This document shows, piece after piece, positions 52,030 through 63,960 of a DNA stretch of 64,000 nt (positions are counted from its first letter, which is position 1; every line of letters begins with the position of its first letter). The translations under genes were made by a program, and so were the position numbers. Source of the DNA: Octopus vulgaris (Eukaryota). The notes beneath the pieces are model-generated. The model had not been told where the DNA came from, searched no databases, and saw only the letters and a program-made list of their open reading frames with translations. Location: positions 50,530,001 to 50,594,000 of the forward strand of contig OX597829.1 in NCBI GenBank assembly GCA_951406725.2. The letters run 5' to 3'.

Positions 52030-52350
52030 AAAAACCTTTACTTTCGGGAAAGGAACAAATTTATTATTTTCGAAGCAAAATCTCGCATTTTTGACTGATC
52101 AAATAGAAACTTCCCTGGAGCCTTTCCAATGACCAGTTCAAATGCATACGCCAGGGCAAAAGGGCCACAATCATATGCGCCAACTTGGGGATTAATTATA
52201 TGAACTTGTTGAATTGCAGGAATAATGTTTGTTTGTGGTGAATACAACGTTGTTATTTGTGTCATTAGTTACTGCGGAATTTATTGTTTTCTAGGCAAAA
52301 TCTTAAATGTGCTCGCATTTTTGACTGATCAAATAGAAACTTCTCTGAAA
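52030..52350 (-). pseudogene. C-terminal half of a Ulp1/SENP-like (clan CE) cysteine-protease domain, plus a short duplicate
   Basis: QITTLYS...PQVGAYDCGPFALAYAFELVIGKAPGKFLFDQSKMR/FCFENNKFVPFPK; the duplicate at ~52277-52347 reads EKFLFDQSKMRAHLRFCLENNKF. Confidence 0.75.
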
Positions 52351-52364
52351 GTTCTTGAGAAAGA

Positions 52365-52480
52365 TCAGGTTAGACAAGAGAACAGGTCGATAAAAGTATG
52401 CGGAGTTTTAGAGACTGGCTATGCTATCCGCTCTTACCGGAGAGGGCCTAGAGACGACAGCACGACTGGCCTTCGTAAAC
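52365..52480 (+). mobile_element. Isolated gag fragment, direct copy of 55139-55253
   Basis: gagactggctatgctatccgctcttacc(g/a)gagagggcctagagacgacagcacgactggc shared by both sites. Confidence 0.85.
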
Positions 52481-52543
52481 AGCTTTGTGTAATTATAAAT
52501 AAATAAATAAATTAATTAATTAATGATAATAATAATGATGATG

Positions 52544-52617
<74 letters not shown>

Positions 52618-53279
52618 CCTTTCTGCTGTAGGCACAATGCCTGAAATTTTTGGGGAGTGGACCATTCGATTACAACGACCCCAGTGTTCCACTGGGACTT
52701 AATTTATCGGCCTCAAAAAGGATGAAAGACAAAGTCGATTTTGCGTTTGTGATGTTAGCAAGGCGTTGACCGCGATAGCTGGGGATTAAGAAGAATGAAA
52801 ATTCCTCAAAGTGGTCGCAGAATGACACCTAACTTCTTCTTCGGTCTTAAATCTCACCTCCTTAGTTTCAAATTTCTTTTATCGAATGACGTGGATCTTC
52901 TGTTCCAACAATTCAAACACGCAACAAGGCAATTTTGTATTTGGTTATGAGAAGCATTTTCAACCCGGCGTAATTTAACTCCGGTGCAGCGGTATATGCC
53001 CATACATCATAAGATTCTCGTTTACATCAGATGGAGGGTTTAGAGCTACACTTCTCCCATTCCTTTCAACAATTTTCCTGGCCATTTTCAGATCTTCTTC
53101 ATCGGAAATCTTCCAAATTTCTTGTAGCAATCGCAAAAGAAACTGTAGCGGCACAAGCGGCCAGTGCCATATTCGATGAGATCTCGCAGCAGCCATTGCC
53201 ATATCCGAGACTGGAGCGAGACCTCACCTGCATCCATTTGCCATGCGCGGGATCACAACCATGATCGCGATGGAAACTA

Positions 53280-53535
53280 TGTAAAGGGAAAACCCGATTT
53301 AGATCTCTCTCTTTTTGGCGCCACCTCACAGCGGCACTGGCTGAGGCTTTCTGCCTGTCTATCTCCAGAGGCAATGCGCCCGCACTAACGGAGATACTAC
53401 ACAACGCACACAACTTAAGTTGGTTGCTGAGAGCAGCACACTTCACCTCTCCTGTGAATCCTGTAAATAAACCTGTTGTAAATAGCATTTGTACTTGAAG
53501 TTTTCTCTCTTCGCCTGCCGGAAGCTTAAACTACA
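53280..53535 (+). mobile_element. Putative solo LTR (256 bp)
   Basis: TGTA...TACA termini, internal AATAAA near 53466, absent from the left arm; no clear TSD. Confidence 0.5.
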
Positions 53536-54514
53536 TTAAGAATGAAAAAAAAAAATGATGGAAGGAGACGATGTTCTTCCTATTCGTAAACCTTGGCTTC
53601 CATTATTAAAAAAACGCAGGTGTTTGTGGTGGCGGTGACCGTGATGATATTCGCGTTTTAAATTTTCCCTTTGTCTGTATCGTCGTCGTCGTTGTTGTTG
53701 TTGATATGGTTGTTGTTGCTGTTGTTGTTATTGGTCACTGCTGCTTAGTGTGGCCGCTGCCGTAGCCATTGTCGTCGTCATAATCACCTAATCACTTGGA
53801 CGCTGCTTAAAGACCAAACTAGTTTCGCCTCGGTGACGTCACCAAGTGTATTTCCCTGCTACGTTTTTATGCTGTCTTTTCTCCGACAAAGAACGCGTCG
53901 TTGTAGAACATTATGATGACTTCTTTATCAGCCATCTTTAAATAAATAAGGAAAGTGGCAAAATATTTGCTTTTTTCGCAAGTTGTTAAAAAATCAATAT
54001 TCTTTTATGCACACCTCCTGCAAAACAAAGGGTGTTTCTAAACAAAATACTATCGGCGCAGTCCGGACAATGTCCAGAATACGGTGGTAAGAATAAAAGT
54101 GAAAACAACAGGGCTTTAGAATGCCGAAGAGTTTAAAGAGGGTCAAGTAACGGTCACTTCACATTATGTTGTCAAATCTAGCTGTAGTAGCAATTTTATC
54201 GATACTACTTGGAATTATAATATGGAAAGTATTAATACCAGCATTTTACTTCAAGTTCATATATCGAGAAACTAAAATAAGAAGATTTCGCCGTTTCCTT
54301 TAATGTAAGGTTACAACTGTTGGGTTCTTATCTCGGTTATCTGTTTGAAAGAATTATGTTCAAGAATTTAACAGAAGACAATTAGCTTTACATCATGAAA
54401 AGAATAATAAAAGAATTAAGGAGCTTTTGTGGTTTAAACAACACATTTATTTATTTATCTTTTTAGTCTTTTTGTTTTCTGAGCAAAATGGTTACATTTG
54501 GATTCTATGTTCAG

Positions 54515-54791
54515 TGTAGCAATATCGTTCTCTCATTGCTATCCTTACTGTTTGAGAAGAGTATTAAGAATACTCTCGTTCGAGATTACAAACATCTTCG
54601 GCTAGTTCAACATTGTTGTAAACACTAATTCGATTGGCTGACACGTGGTCTCTACTACGTTCGCACCGCTGGTTATCACGTGACGCGATTTGCCTCCGCT
54701 TATTTTCGCGCCATAGTTCCAAGCAGCCAATCACAGCTTCCCATTTCTGAAGTTCATTGGGAGCCACATAAACCTTATAAAACAAGGGTTC
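54515..54791 (+). mobile_element. Insertion flanked by a 21-bp direct repeat; promoter/LTR-U3-like content
   Basis: acatttggattctatgttcag at 54494-54514 and 54792-54812; starts TGTAG; contains gattggc, agccaatc, two CACGTG and ttataaaa. Confidence 0.6.
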
Positions 54792-54983
54792 ACATTTGGA
54801 TTCTATGTTCAGCATGTGAAGACAAAAGAAAAAAAAAAAGAAAGATGAGAAGTAACTTTTATAATCTTTTGTTTCTACTTTGTTCTCTTAATCCCCTTTC
54901 ATAAGCTAAATCGGTTCGACAATTCCTTTCTTACATCATCTTACTCGAGAGAAAATTAAGTACCAACGCTCGCATTTTCTTTC

Positions 54984-57335
54984 TGTGGGGATAAGATGAG
55001 TTGTCACGTCAACGGTCAAGGGACCTGCATCCGTAAGATCAAAGTAGTCGCCGCCAGGCCACAAGGCATCAACGATGTAATAAGTCTCATGGCCCTGTAC
55101 CTGGGGGGACGTTTGCTGGCGCTGTACCCCGAGAACGGTCAGGTAGACAAGAGAACAGGTTGGTGAGTATGTCGCGGAGTTTAGGAGACTGGCTATGCTA
55201 TCCGCTCTTACCAGAGAGGGCCTAGAGACGACAGCACGACTGGCATTCGTAAATGGCTACATCAGTGCAACGGCAAGAACTACCAGGCAATGAAAAAATG
55301 GCAATACGCTCGCTCATTGCTGAAGAACACATGTCGACACAAAACACCAGGCGGAAGTCAGTGGTGGTGGTGGAAGCTGCAGAAGACCACGACGTAATGC
55401 AACAACCCATAAAGAACGGGGAGAAGAAAACTGCTGTGGAGCGACAGATACCGTTCATGAGCCGGTGCTTCCAGTGCCAGGGACCGCACACGTCAATGGA
55501 CTGTGCAGAGATGAAACCCGGACTCGTTTTCTACCAGTGCGAGCAGACTAGGCATATTGCTCGAAACTGCAGCCAGGGAAAGGCTACGGGGAAGTTGCTG
55601 CCTCTCGAATTTCCTCTGCGATCGAATAGGCATTCGTACCCGCAGTTTAAATCTTTTGTTGGGGGAAAGGTTTTCAAAGCCAGGGACGGACGGACGGAGT
55701 ATTAAGGGCCCTGGGTATAACTGTTTACCAGGCCCCTTAGCATTGATATCAAAGAGTTAACATATAGAATGCGGGCCCCTCAGTGCTCCGAACCTTCGGG
55801 CTATACTTGATTGACCGACTGTTTTGTCCTCCTCTGTTCAAAGTCCTCGTGGATATGGGCTGTGCGATGTCTCTCGTGACCCCGAGGTTAGCAAAAAAAT
55901 GGACGGGGACAAGAAGTGTTCGGGCGGTCAACGGCAGCGGAATTGGTTGTAACGATAGCATGGAGATAACTGTGCGGGGTACAACAATGAGGTTGCTGGC
56001 AATTTTCGTTGACCGTATGGTAGACGGAATTGCCGGGGTGATGCGGATGGACGCGATCAACCGCCTTGATGTCAGTGTTGCTGGGGACGTGGTTTCATTT
56101 TGGTGCTGCAGGGGTGTCGTGCACTGCGTGTCTACAACATGGGAAGGAGCAGAGATCTGTGAGGGACTGTACTGCTTACACCGTTGAGAACAAGGGCGGA
56201 GTTCGACAATCCACGGTGGGATATAGAGTGATCCTGGAAAGAGGAGCCTCCGATGCTGAAGAACAGACTACGCTGCTACCAGCATACCTTGAAAGGACAT
56301 GCCAGGAGTGAGTTTGAAAGAGAGGTAGAGAGGTGGATTATGGAGGGTGTCCTTATCCTGTAAAAGGAGGAAGTGATGAGTGGAGTGCTACCACTAATGG
56401 CAGTAGTGGAGCAAACAAAGAGCAAAATCAGGCCGGTACTGGACTTTCGGGAGAAGAATGGCCATGTATCATGCCACACGGGTAGCGAGGTAGCTGACAT
56501 ATGCATTGAGTTGCTGCGCAAATGGAGACAGATGACAAGGACGGCAACGATTCGTCGACTTCAAATCAACATATTTACAGCTCCATGTGAGCGAAAAACT
56601 GTGGCAGTATCAGCTGGTGCGATATAAGGGCCAGAAACACTGTTTGACTAGGCTGGATTTCATGCTAAATTCTGAGCCAAAGACGACAGTGCTCAGGTCT
56701 GTCCTGGGAAAGGTGGACGAGATAAGAAGGGTCACCAATTCCTATATGGACAACATCTTGGTAGACACGAGACTGTAGTATCTGCTACCGTGGTTGTAAA
56801 TCATCTCAAGAAGTTCGAGTTGATTGCGATGCCAATGGAACCAATAGTTGGCGGAACTGCACTTGGGCTCAAACTTAAAAGAAATAAAACAGGCTCGTTT
56901 CGGAGGGGAAATGAGATCCCGGAACTGGGTACCAGCATCAGCGGGAGAGCACTATTCTTGATGTGTGGGAGACTTAGTGGGTCGCTATCCAAACGCAGGG
57001 TGGCTACGAACAGCATGCACAGCAACATCAAGAGACGAGCAGAAAGGGGCAAACTGGGTGGTGGGAGAGGGGATGGTGACGATGATGCAGGAGAACGTGG
57101 AGAGGACAAGAACAGAAGACCCAGTAAACGGGAACTGGTACGTGCCCAAATTGGAGAATGGAACTTTATGTAGCAATGCTAGCAGCATAGCAGTAGGGGT
57201 TGTACTGGAAATCGGAGACGTTGAAGTGGGGGACGTAGCCTGGCTTCGAAAATGAAACGATTACAACCACATCAACATGGGTGAGTTGGATGCAATGCTG
57301 TAAGGGGTCAATTTGGCACTGAAATGGGGGCTGCA
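54984..57335 (+). mobile_element. Decayed gypsy-like LTR retrotransposon internal region (gag, protease, RT, RNase H); no LTR or integrase seen
   Basis: EFRRLAMLSAL...RLAFVNG; zinc knuckles CFQCQGPHTSMDC and YQCEQTRHIARNC; protease VLVDMGC; RT IRPVLDFRE and YMDNILV; RNase H SNASSIAVGVVL...HINMGELDA. Confidence 0.88.
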
Positions 57336-57340
57336 ATTCA

Positions 57341-57560
57341 CCAAAGAAGTTTTACAGTTCTTCTGCGATTCCTCCAGACAATAATTTCCACATTAACGGG
57401 AGGCAGGAAATCGGTCTGTAATTGTCAACAAAATTTCCCTTTGATGCACCCTTCAGGCACAACACCATTCGTCCTTTTGTCAACCATCCCGGGGTTTCAT
57501 CTTCTTCATTGATCAATGCATTAAATTGCTCTGCGATCAATTTATGGAAACTACTGAACT
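57341..57560 (-). mobile_element. R4-like LINE RT fragment
   Basis: [14 protein letters not shown]...[17 protein letters not shown]; homologous to 61370-61530 (+). Confidence 0.85.
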
Positions 57561-57850
57561 TTTTTTTTTATTATTGTAGTTGTTGTGGTTGTTGTTGAAA
57601 GTGCATGGCTTAGTGGTTAGGGCGTTGCACTCACGATCCCTAGATTGTGATTTCAATTCCTAGGCCAGGTGCTACATTGTGTTCTTGAACAAAGCACTTC
57701 GTCACACATTGGTCTGTGATCACTTCAACACCTGAAATAAGGTACACCTGTGTGCACCTGTTCAGACAATATCGATTTGGTGGAGTGAGGTGAACTAATG
57801 TGCAGCACATACATTTGATCACTATAAATAAATCATTTGTGTGGGTCCTG

Positions 57851-58755
57851 TATGTATGTAAGTATGTATGTATGTATGTATGTATGTATGTATGTATGTA
57901 TGTATGTATGTATGTATGTATGTATGTATGTGTGTATGTATGTATGCATGTATGTATGTATGTATGTATGTATGTATTATGTATGTATGTATGTATGTAT
58001 GTATGTATGTATGTATGTATGTATGTATGTATGTATGTATGTATGTATGTATGTATGTATGTATGTATGTCTGTATGTATGTATTTATGTATGTAAGTAT
58101 GTATGTATGTATGTATGTATGTATGTATGTATGTATGTATGTATGTATGTATGTGTGTATGTATGTATGTATGTATGTATGTATGTATGTATGTATGTAT
58201 GTATGTATTATGTATGTATGTATGTATGTATGTATTATGTATGTATGTATGTATTATGTATGTATGTATGTATGTATGTATGTATGTATGTATGTATGTA
58301 TGTATGTATGTATGTATGTATGTATGTATGTATGTATTATGTATGTATGTATGTATGTATTATGTATGTATGTATGTATGTATGTATGTATTATGTATGT
58401 ATGTATATGTATGTATGTCATCATGATCATGATCATCATCGTTTAACCTTTTGTCTTTCCATGCTAGCATGGGTTGGACGATTTTGACTGAGGGCTGGCG
58501 AACCAGATGGCTGCACCAGGCCCCAATCTGATCTGGCAGAGTTTCTACAGCTGGATGTCCTTCCTAATGCCAACCACTCCGAGAGTGTTGTGGGCGCTTT
58601 TACGTGCCACCGGCACGGGAGCCAGTCAGGCAGTACTGGCAACGGCTATGCTCAAATGGTGCTTTTTATGTGCCACCTGCATAGGAGCCAGTCCAGCGGC
58701 ACTGGCAATGACCTCGCTCATTGTATGTATGTACGTACGTATGTATGTACGTATG

Positions 58756-58789
<34 letters not shown>

Positions 58790-59292
58790 TGTATGTATGT
58801 ATGTATGTATGTATGTATGTACGTATGTATGTATGTATGTATGTATGTATGTATGTATGTATGTATGTATGTACGTACCTATGTATGTATGTTTGTATGT
58901 ATGTATGTTTGTATTTATGTATGTACGTACGTACGTACGTATGTATGTATGTATGTATGTATGTATGTATGTATGTATGTATGTATGTATGTACGTATGT
59001 ATGTATGTATGTATGTATGTATGTATGTACGTATGTATGTATGTACGTATGTATGTATGTATGTATGTATGTATGTATGTATGTATGTATGTATGTATGT
59101 ATGTATGTATGTATGTATGTACGTACGTACCTATGTATGTATGTTTGTATGTATGTATGTTTGTATGTATGTATGTACGTATGTATGTACGTATGTATGT
59201 ACGTACGTACGTACGTATGTATGTATGTATGTATGTATGTATGTATGTATGTATGTATGTATGTATGTATGTATGTGTGTATGTATGTATGT
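57851..59292. repeat. (GTAT)n microsatellite interrupted by a SINE at ~58420-58720
   Basis: Direct inspection. Confidence 0.95.
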
Positions 59293-59459
59293 ATTCTCAT
59301 GCATATTTACATATCTAGACATGCTCATATATATTTAAATGATAAACTTTTGGAAAGTTTTACAGATTTTTACAGTTCCAGTGATGGATTGGGTCTGTAG
59401 TCTTCAAATTAGCTTTCTCCTTTTTTGGTTTTGAGAAGCTTCATGTAAGCAAACTTGGT

Positions 59460-61365
59460 CAAGGGATGCACTTCAACGATTGGTGGTTTAAAGATTTTGC
59501 TGAAGGGATATAATACAGCGCTCAAAGGCGTTTTGGATCAATGTTAAGCTTCAGCTACCCTTTTTTTTGTTTTAGGTAAAGGAGGTCTACGTCACTGTTT
59601 ATGTGGAAACTATGCGTGCTTGTTAGTAATTTTGGGGTTGGTTTTCACATCAATGGCTCAGATCTCATCAAGTGTCCAATCAAGCAGCCCAAATGTTGGT
59701 ATGAGTTCTGGCACTGCAAACACATTGTGGGCCACTGTTTTATTGAATACAGAGAGTTCCATGGTCCAAATTTACTTTATTTGGCTGTAATACTCTTTAG
59801 TGACACGTGATTTATTACAGGTGCCATTGCAAGATATGTTTTCACCCCCACCTCCACCCACTAGATACTCGTCATTGTCTGGTTTATAGTTTTCCCCCTT
59901 TTCACAACCATATAACAACATTTATCCTGACCAAACTTCAACTCTACATCCTTCGGGAATGTTGTAACTAGGATCAAGGCTCTTTTTCATCTCATGCATA
60001 TTCTTTGCATAAAGTTTTAAGAAACAGTGAGTAATTTTGGTATTTCAGTTTCCTTGTGAACCAGTGAGATACCCTTCAGACTTCCTTAATATGAATAAGA
60101 AAGGGTTTACAGAAAGTATAAACATCACAGAGAGGCTGTGCCCTTGGAATATGCCTTTGTGATACTGTATTCTACCAGTGATAATACAGTCACTCTGTGT
60201 TTAATTTCAAGTTGGTGGACCAGGTCAGTTATGACTTTGATTATGCACACTGAAACTTTAGCAAGATGAAGGGCTTCTAGTACATATGAATGGGGAACAG
60301 TCAAAGGCTTTCTTGTAGTCTAGCCACATTGAAACTAGGTTGTACCTATGCTCTGATATAACAGTTTTGTTGATTAATAATTGCTCAGCACATCCCCAGA
60401 CTCCTTTTTTCCCAACTGCTTGTTCTGCTGTGGTGATGTTATTGGTTTCACAATGGTCCTTGAGGAAGAGGCTTAAACATGCTGTTATATCTTATATATT
60501 AAGTTCTGGCATGCAATTGGGTGGTAGTTATTTGCAATGTGGATGGTTCTGCATTTGGGGATCAATTTTGTCTCTGCCAGAGCTAACGAATGTGGTATGC
60601 TACTTTCCCAATGAGAGCTTGCTGGTGCAGATTGATAAGAAATGGTCGGTAGAATGTTAGCTTCTTGTAATAATATCCAACAATCAAGTGTCTTCCAGGT
60701 GCTTTTCCATCCTGTAGTTTTGGGATCACAGTTGTAAGAGTTTCACCATCAATGTTGTATACATTGGATGTAACGCAGGAGCAATAACTTTTCCAGATTC
60801 CTTGCAGCCATTGAGCATCTTTGTTAAATTCCTTCTCTTCACTCCAGATTTTTTTCCAGAAGGAGTCTATGTCTTCTTGTGAAGGAGCTTCCATGATATA
60901 TATTGCTCCTCCTTTCATGTCTCTGTATACTGCTGCCTGGTTCCAGTTAAATTTTGTGTTTATTGTTCTTCTCTCAGTCATTCTATTCTGATGCCAGAGT
61001 CTTTCACTGACAGCTTTTCACTCCAGATTGAGGGCAATCAGTTTGCAAGTGAGTGTCCTCTTTTTGCTGTCTTCAAACATCATTTCTATCTCCTTCTTTA
61101 CTATCTGTTGGTGGGACTTATAGAGATTTGCTTGTTTGCATGCAATATGCATCATTACAGGACTGATGGTTTTCCGTAAACCAGTTATCTTTTCCTCTGT
61201 CTTCAAAACCCATGATGGCACTTTCTTTGTCATTTCAGTTTTGTTTACTTTTTGAATATCATTCATGAACTGTTTTACAGTTGTAGTCAGAGCATATAGT
61301 CAGGAGTTAATCTGCCAGAATGTGGGTTCATCACACTGCTCTAAGTACTCATCACCAATTTCGTT
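59460..61365 (-). mobile_element. Decayed R4-like LINE, N-terminal and RT part
   Basis: IDSFWKKIWSEEKEFNKDAQWL, KAPGRHLIVGYYYK, EQAVGKKGVWGCAEQLLINK, WLDYKKAF, GIFQGHSLS. Confidence 0.85.
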
Positions 61366-63720
61366 AACAATGGAAAAGAAGAAATCCCGAGCAGGTTGAC
61401 AAAAGGACGAACGGTGTTGTGCCTGAAGGATGCATAAAAGGGAAATGCTGCTGACAATTACAAACCGATTTCCTGCCTCCCATTAATATGGAAGTTATTG
61501 TAAGGAGGAATTGCAGAAGAACTAAATAAGTTTCTTGATGAGAACGATATAGTAATGACTGGACAAAAAGTCTGTAGAAGAAGATGCAGAGGTACCAAAG
61601 ATCAATTATTGATAGACAAAATGGTAATGCAAGATTGTAAACAAAGGAGAACAAATCTGGGAATGGCCTGGATTGACTATCACAGAGTTTATGATATGAT
61701 TCCAGATTCGTGGATCATCAAGTGCTTAGACTTGCTTGGAATTGCAAGGAATGTAACGTGTTTCCTGAAGATAAGTATGGTGAGATGGAAAACTGAACTG
61801 TATGGCAAAGATGAGACACAAGTGAATTACTTGGTGAACACAGTCCACTGTTTTGCTATTGATATTAGAATGGAATTTGGACTCAAGAAGTGCAGAATAA
61901 TCTACCTAAAAAGAGGCAAGGTACAGTCCCTAGCAGGAATGAGTCCTTGTTTGTCTCCTCTGTGTTTAGCCCCTTGTGGGCAATAAAGAAATAAGAATTA
62001 CCGAATAGTGATTTGATTAAGCTAATTGAAACAGAAGTATACAAATATTTTGGTGTACTAGAGTTCAATGAGATAATAGAAAAGGAAATGAAAGAGCAAC
62101 TGAGGATGGAGTATTTCCAAAGACTGAGGTTGGTGATGTGCTCAAAATTGACTGGATAGAAAATCCAAGCAGTTAATATGTGGGCGATTGCACCACTTCA
62201 GAACAGAGCAGGAATTATAAAATGGTAAAAGAGAGAAATGAAGAAAATGGACACCAAGACCAGAAAAATGTTAATGGCACACGGAGTCTTTCACTAAGTG
62301 TGACACCAATAGGCTGTACTTGTCCAGAAAAATGAACGGAAGAGGTTTGATCAGTTGCCAGGACTGTATCGAAACAGAGGAAAACAACCCAGGGTGGTAT
62401 ATAAAAAATTCCTTGGAGTCACTATTGAAACACACAGAGAAGACCATCATCATCAAAACTGAAAATTGTGTAACTAAAGAAAAATTTAAACAAGAAATAA
62501 ACAAAAAGGTGCGGGAGTGGCTGTGTGGTAAGTAGCTTGCTAACCAACCACATGGTTCCGGGTTAAGTCCCACTGCGTGACATCTTGGGCAAGTGTCTTC
62601 TGCTATAGCCCCGGGCCGACCAATGCCTTGTGAGTGGACTTGATAGATGGAAACTGAAAGAAGCACGTCGTATATATGTACATATGTGTGTGTTTGTGTG
62701 TCTGTGTTTGTCCCCTTAGCATTGCTTGACAACCGATGCTGGTGTGTTTACATCCCTGTAACTTAGCGGTTCGGCAAAAGAGACTGATAGAATAAGTACT
62801 GGGCTTACAAAGAATAAGTCCCGGGGTCGATTTGCTCAACTAAAGGCGGTGCTCCAGCATGGCCGCAGTCAAATGACTGAAACAAGTAAAAGAGTAAAGA
62901 GAGAGAGTAAAAAAAAAAAGGAAAAGCATGGAAGGAAAAGAAAATGTACGGTCAGTTTGCAAGAGATGTGAATACCAAGACAGATACAGAGGTCCAGTGG
63001 CTATGGATGAGGAGGAGTGACCTGAAGATAGAAACACAGAAGCACTCATATGCGCAGCTCAGGAACAAGCATTAAGGACCAATTATATGAAGTGCAGAAT
63101 TGACAACACTACCGATAGTGACAAGGGTGGTGAGAGGGGTGAAATGGTATGGCACATCGTTAGTGAATGCCTGAAATTGGCACAGTGCAAATACAAATAA
63201 CGCCATGACAATGTGGCAAGAATGATCCATTGGGAACTCTGTGGAAATCACAACCTTCACAGAGCAAAGACGTGGTATGAGAAAACCCCAGAAGGAGTCA
63301 TCAAAAATGAGAATTGCAATATCCTGTGGGATGTAATGATCCAGTGGGGTCACCTAACCAGACATTGTTGTGGTGAATAAAAAAGAAAGAACATGTATAA
63401 TAATCGACATAGCATGCTCCGGTGACAACAGGATCGATGTGATGGAAGAAGAAAAATAAATAAATATGACGATTTGAAGTGGGAAATACGAAGGTTGTGG
63501 TTAATGAGGAGAGTACATGTGATACCAATATTAATTGGTGCACTTGGAAGTATCAGCACTCAACTACCAACATGGCGGAAAAATAGATTGGTGCGAATCT
63601 GACGAGAGAACACCTACACAAATCAGCAATGCTTGGAACTACAAGAATTCTTCACAGGATTCTTGAAACATGGCCAGTAAACAAGTGTCACCTTAGTCTG
63701 CTGGCAAAATAAGCTGTGAG
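61366..63720 (+). mobile_element. Decayed R4/Dong-like LINE (RT, CCHC remnant, RLE) interrupted by SINEs
   Basis: [17 protein letters not shown]...[66 protein letters not shown]. Confidence 0.9.
62509..62910 (+). mobile_element. Full-length copy of the dominant SINE (tRNA-like head, TA/TG middle, 3' tail)
   Basis: ggtgcgggagtggctgtgtggtaag...ggttaagtccc... to ...ggcggtgctccagcatggccgcagtcaaatgactgaaacaagtaaaagagtaaa; this tail is the source of the 93-bp array unit. Confidence 0.9.
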
Positions 63721-63725
63721 TTTTC

Positions 63726-63776
<51 letters not shown>

Positions 63777-63777
<1 letters not shown>

Positions 63778-63960
63778 TGTAGGATCTCTAGGAATGATAA
63801 AAAAAAGGTACTGAAACCTATTTGAAAATGATTCCAGGCTTACAATCCCTACAGGAAGTGCAAAAAATCGTATTAACTGGAACGGTTTATGTACTGTGAA
63901 GAGCACTATCGCTGTGAAAATAACATCCATCCATGAATTTATTTATTTATTAATTTTTAA
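63777..63960 (+). mobile_element. R4/Dong-like LINE extreme 3' end after (TAA)n
   Basis: Near-identical to 3909-4085. Confidence 0.88.

Larger units (their letters stand above)
48811..52350 (-). mobile_element. Decayed Penelope-like retroelement (RT, Cys-rich linker, GIY-YIG; Neptune-like architecture)
   Basis: SVINLCKLKLSPNGISVLELGLSFCPS after MITE removal; ADKGDIVVIMD; FYGLLKIHK...PICS; MDVSSLYPNI; WFIDDVF; FLDT; KPT...YLHRHSDHP...SQFLRIKRIC; RC...KPCLLC; LVYAAEC...YVDCT...LNKRFNEYR; AATAAA on minus at 48877-48882. Confidence 0.93.
52510..54981 (-). repeat. Right arm of the long inverted duplication, carrying private insertions
   Basis: Reverse complement of 45107-47100; extra segments at ~53150-53650 and 54515-54791; lacks left-arm 46546-46871. 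Confidence 0.92.

Noticed and set aside
54984-55140. 5' LTR of the gypsy-like element (starts TGT)
   Set aside because: It translates as gag-like sequence (KIKVVAARPQGINDVISLMALYLGG) and no matching second LTR is present
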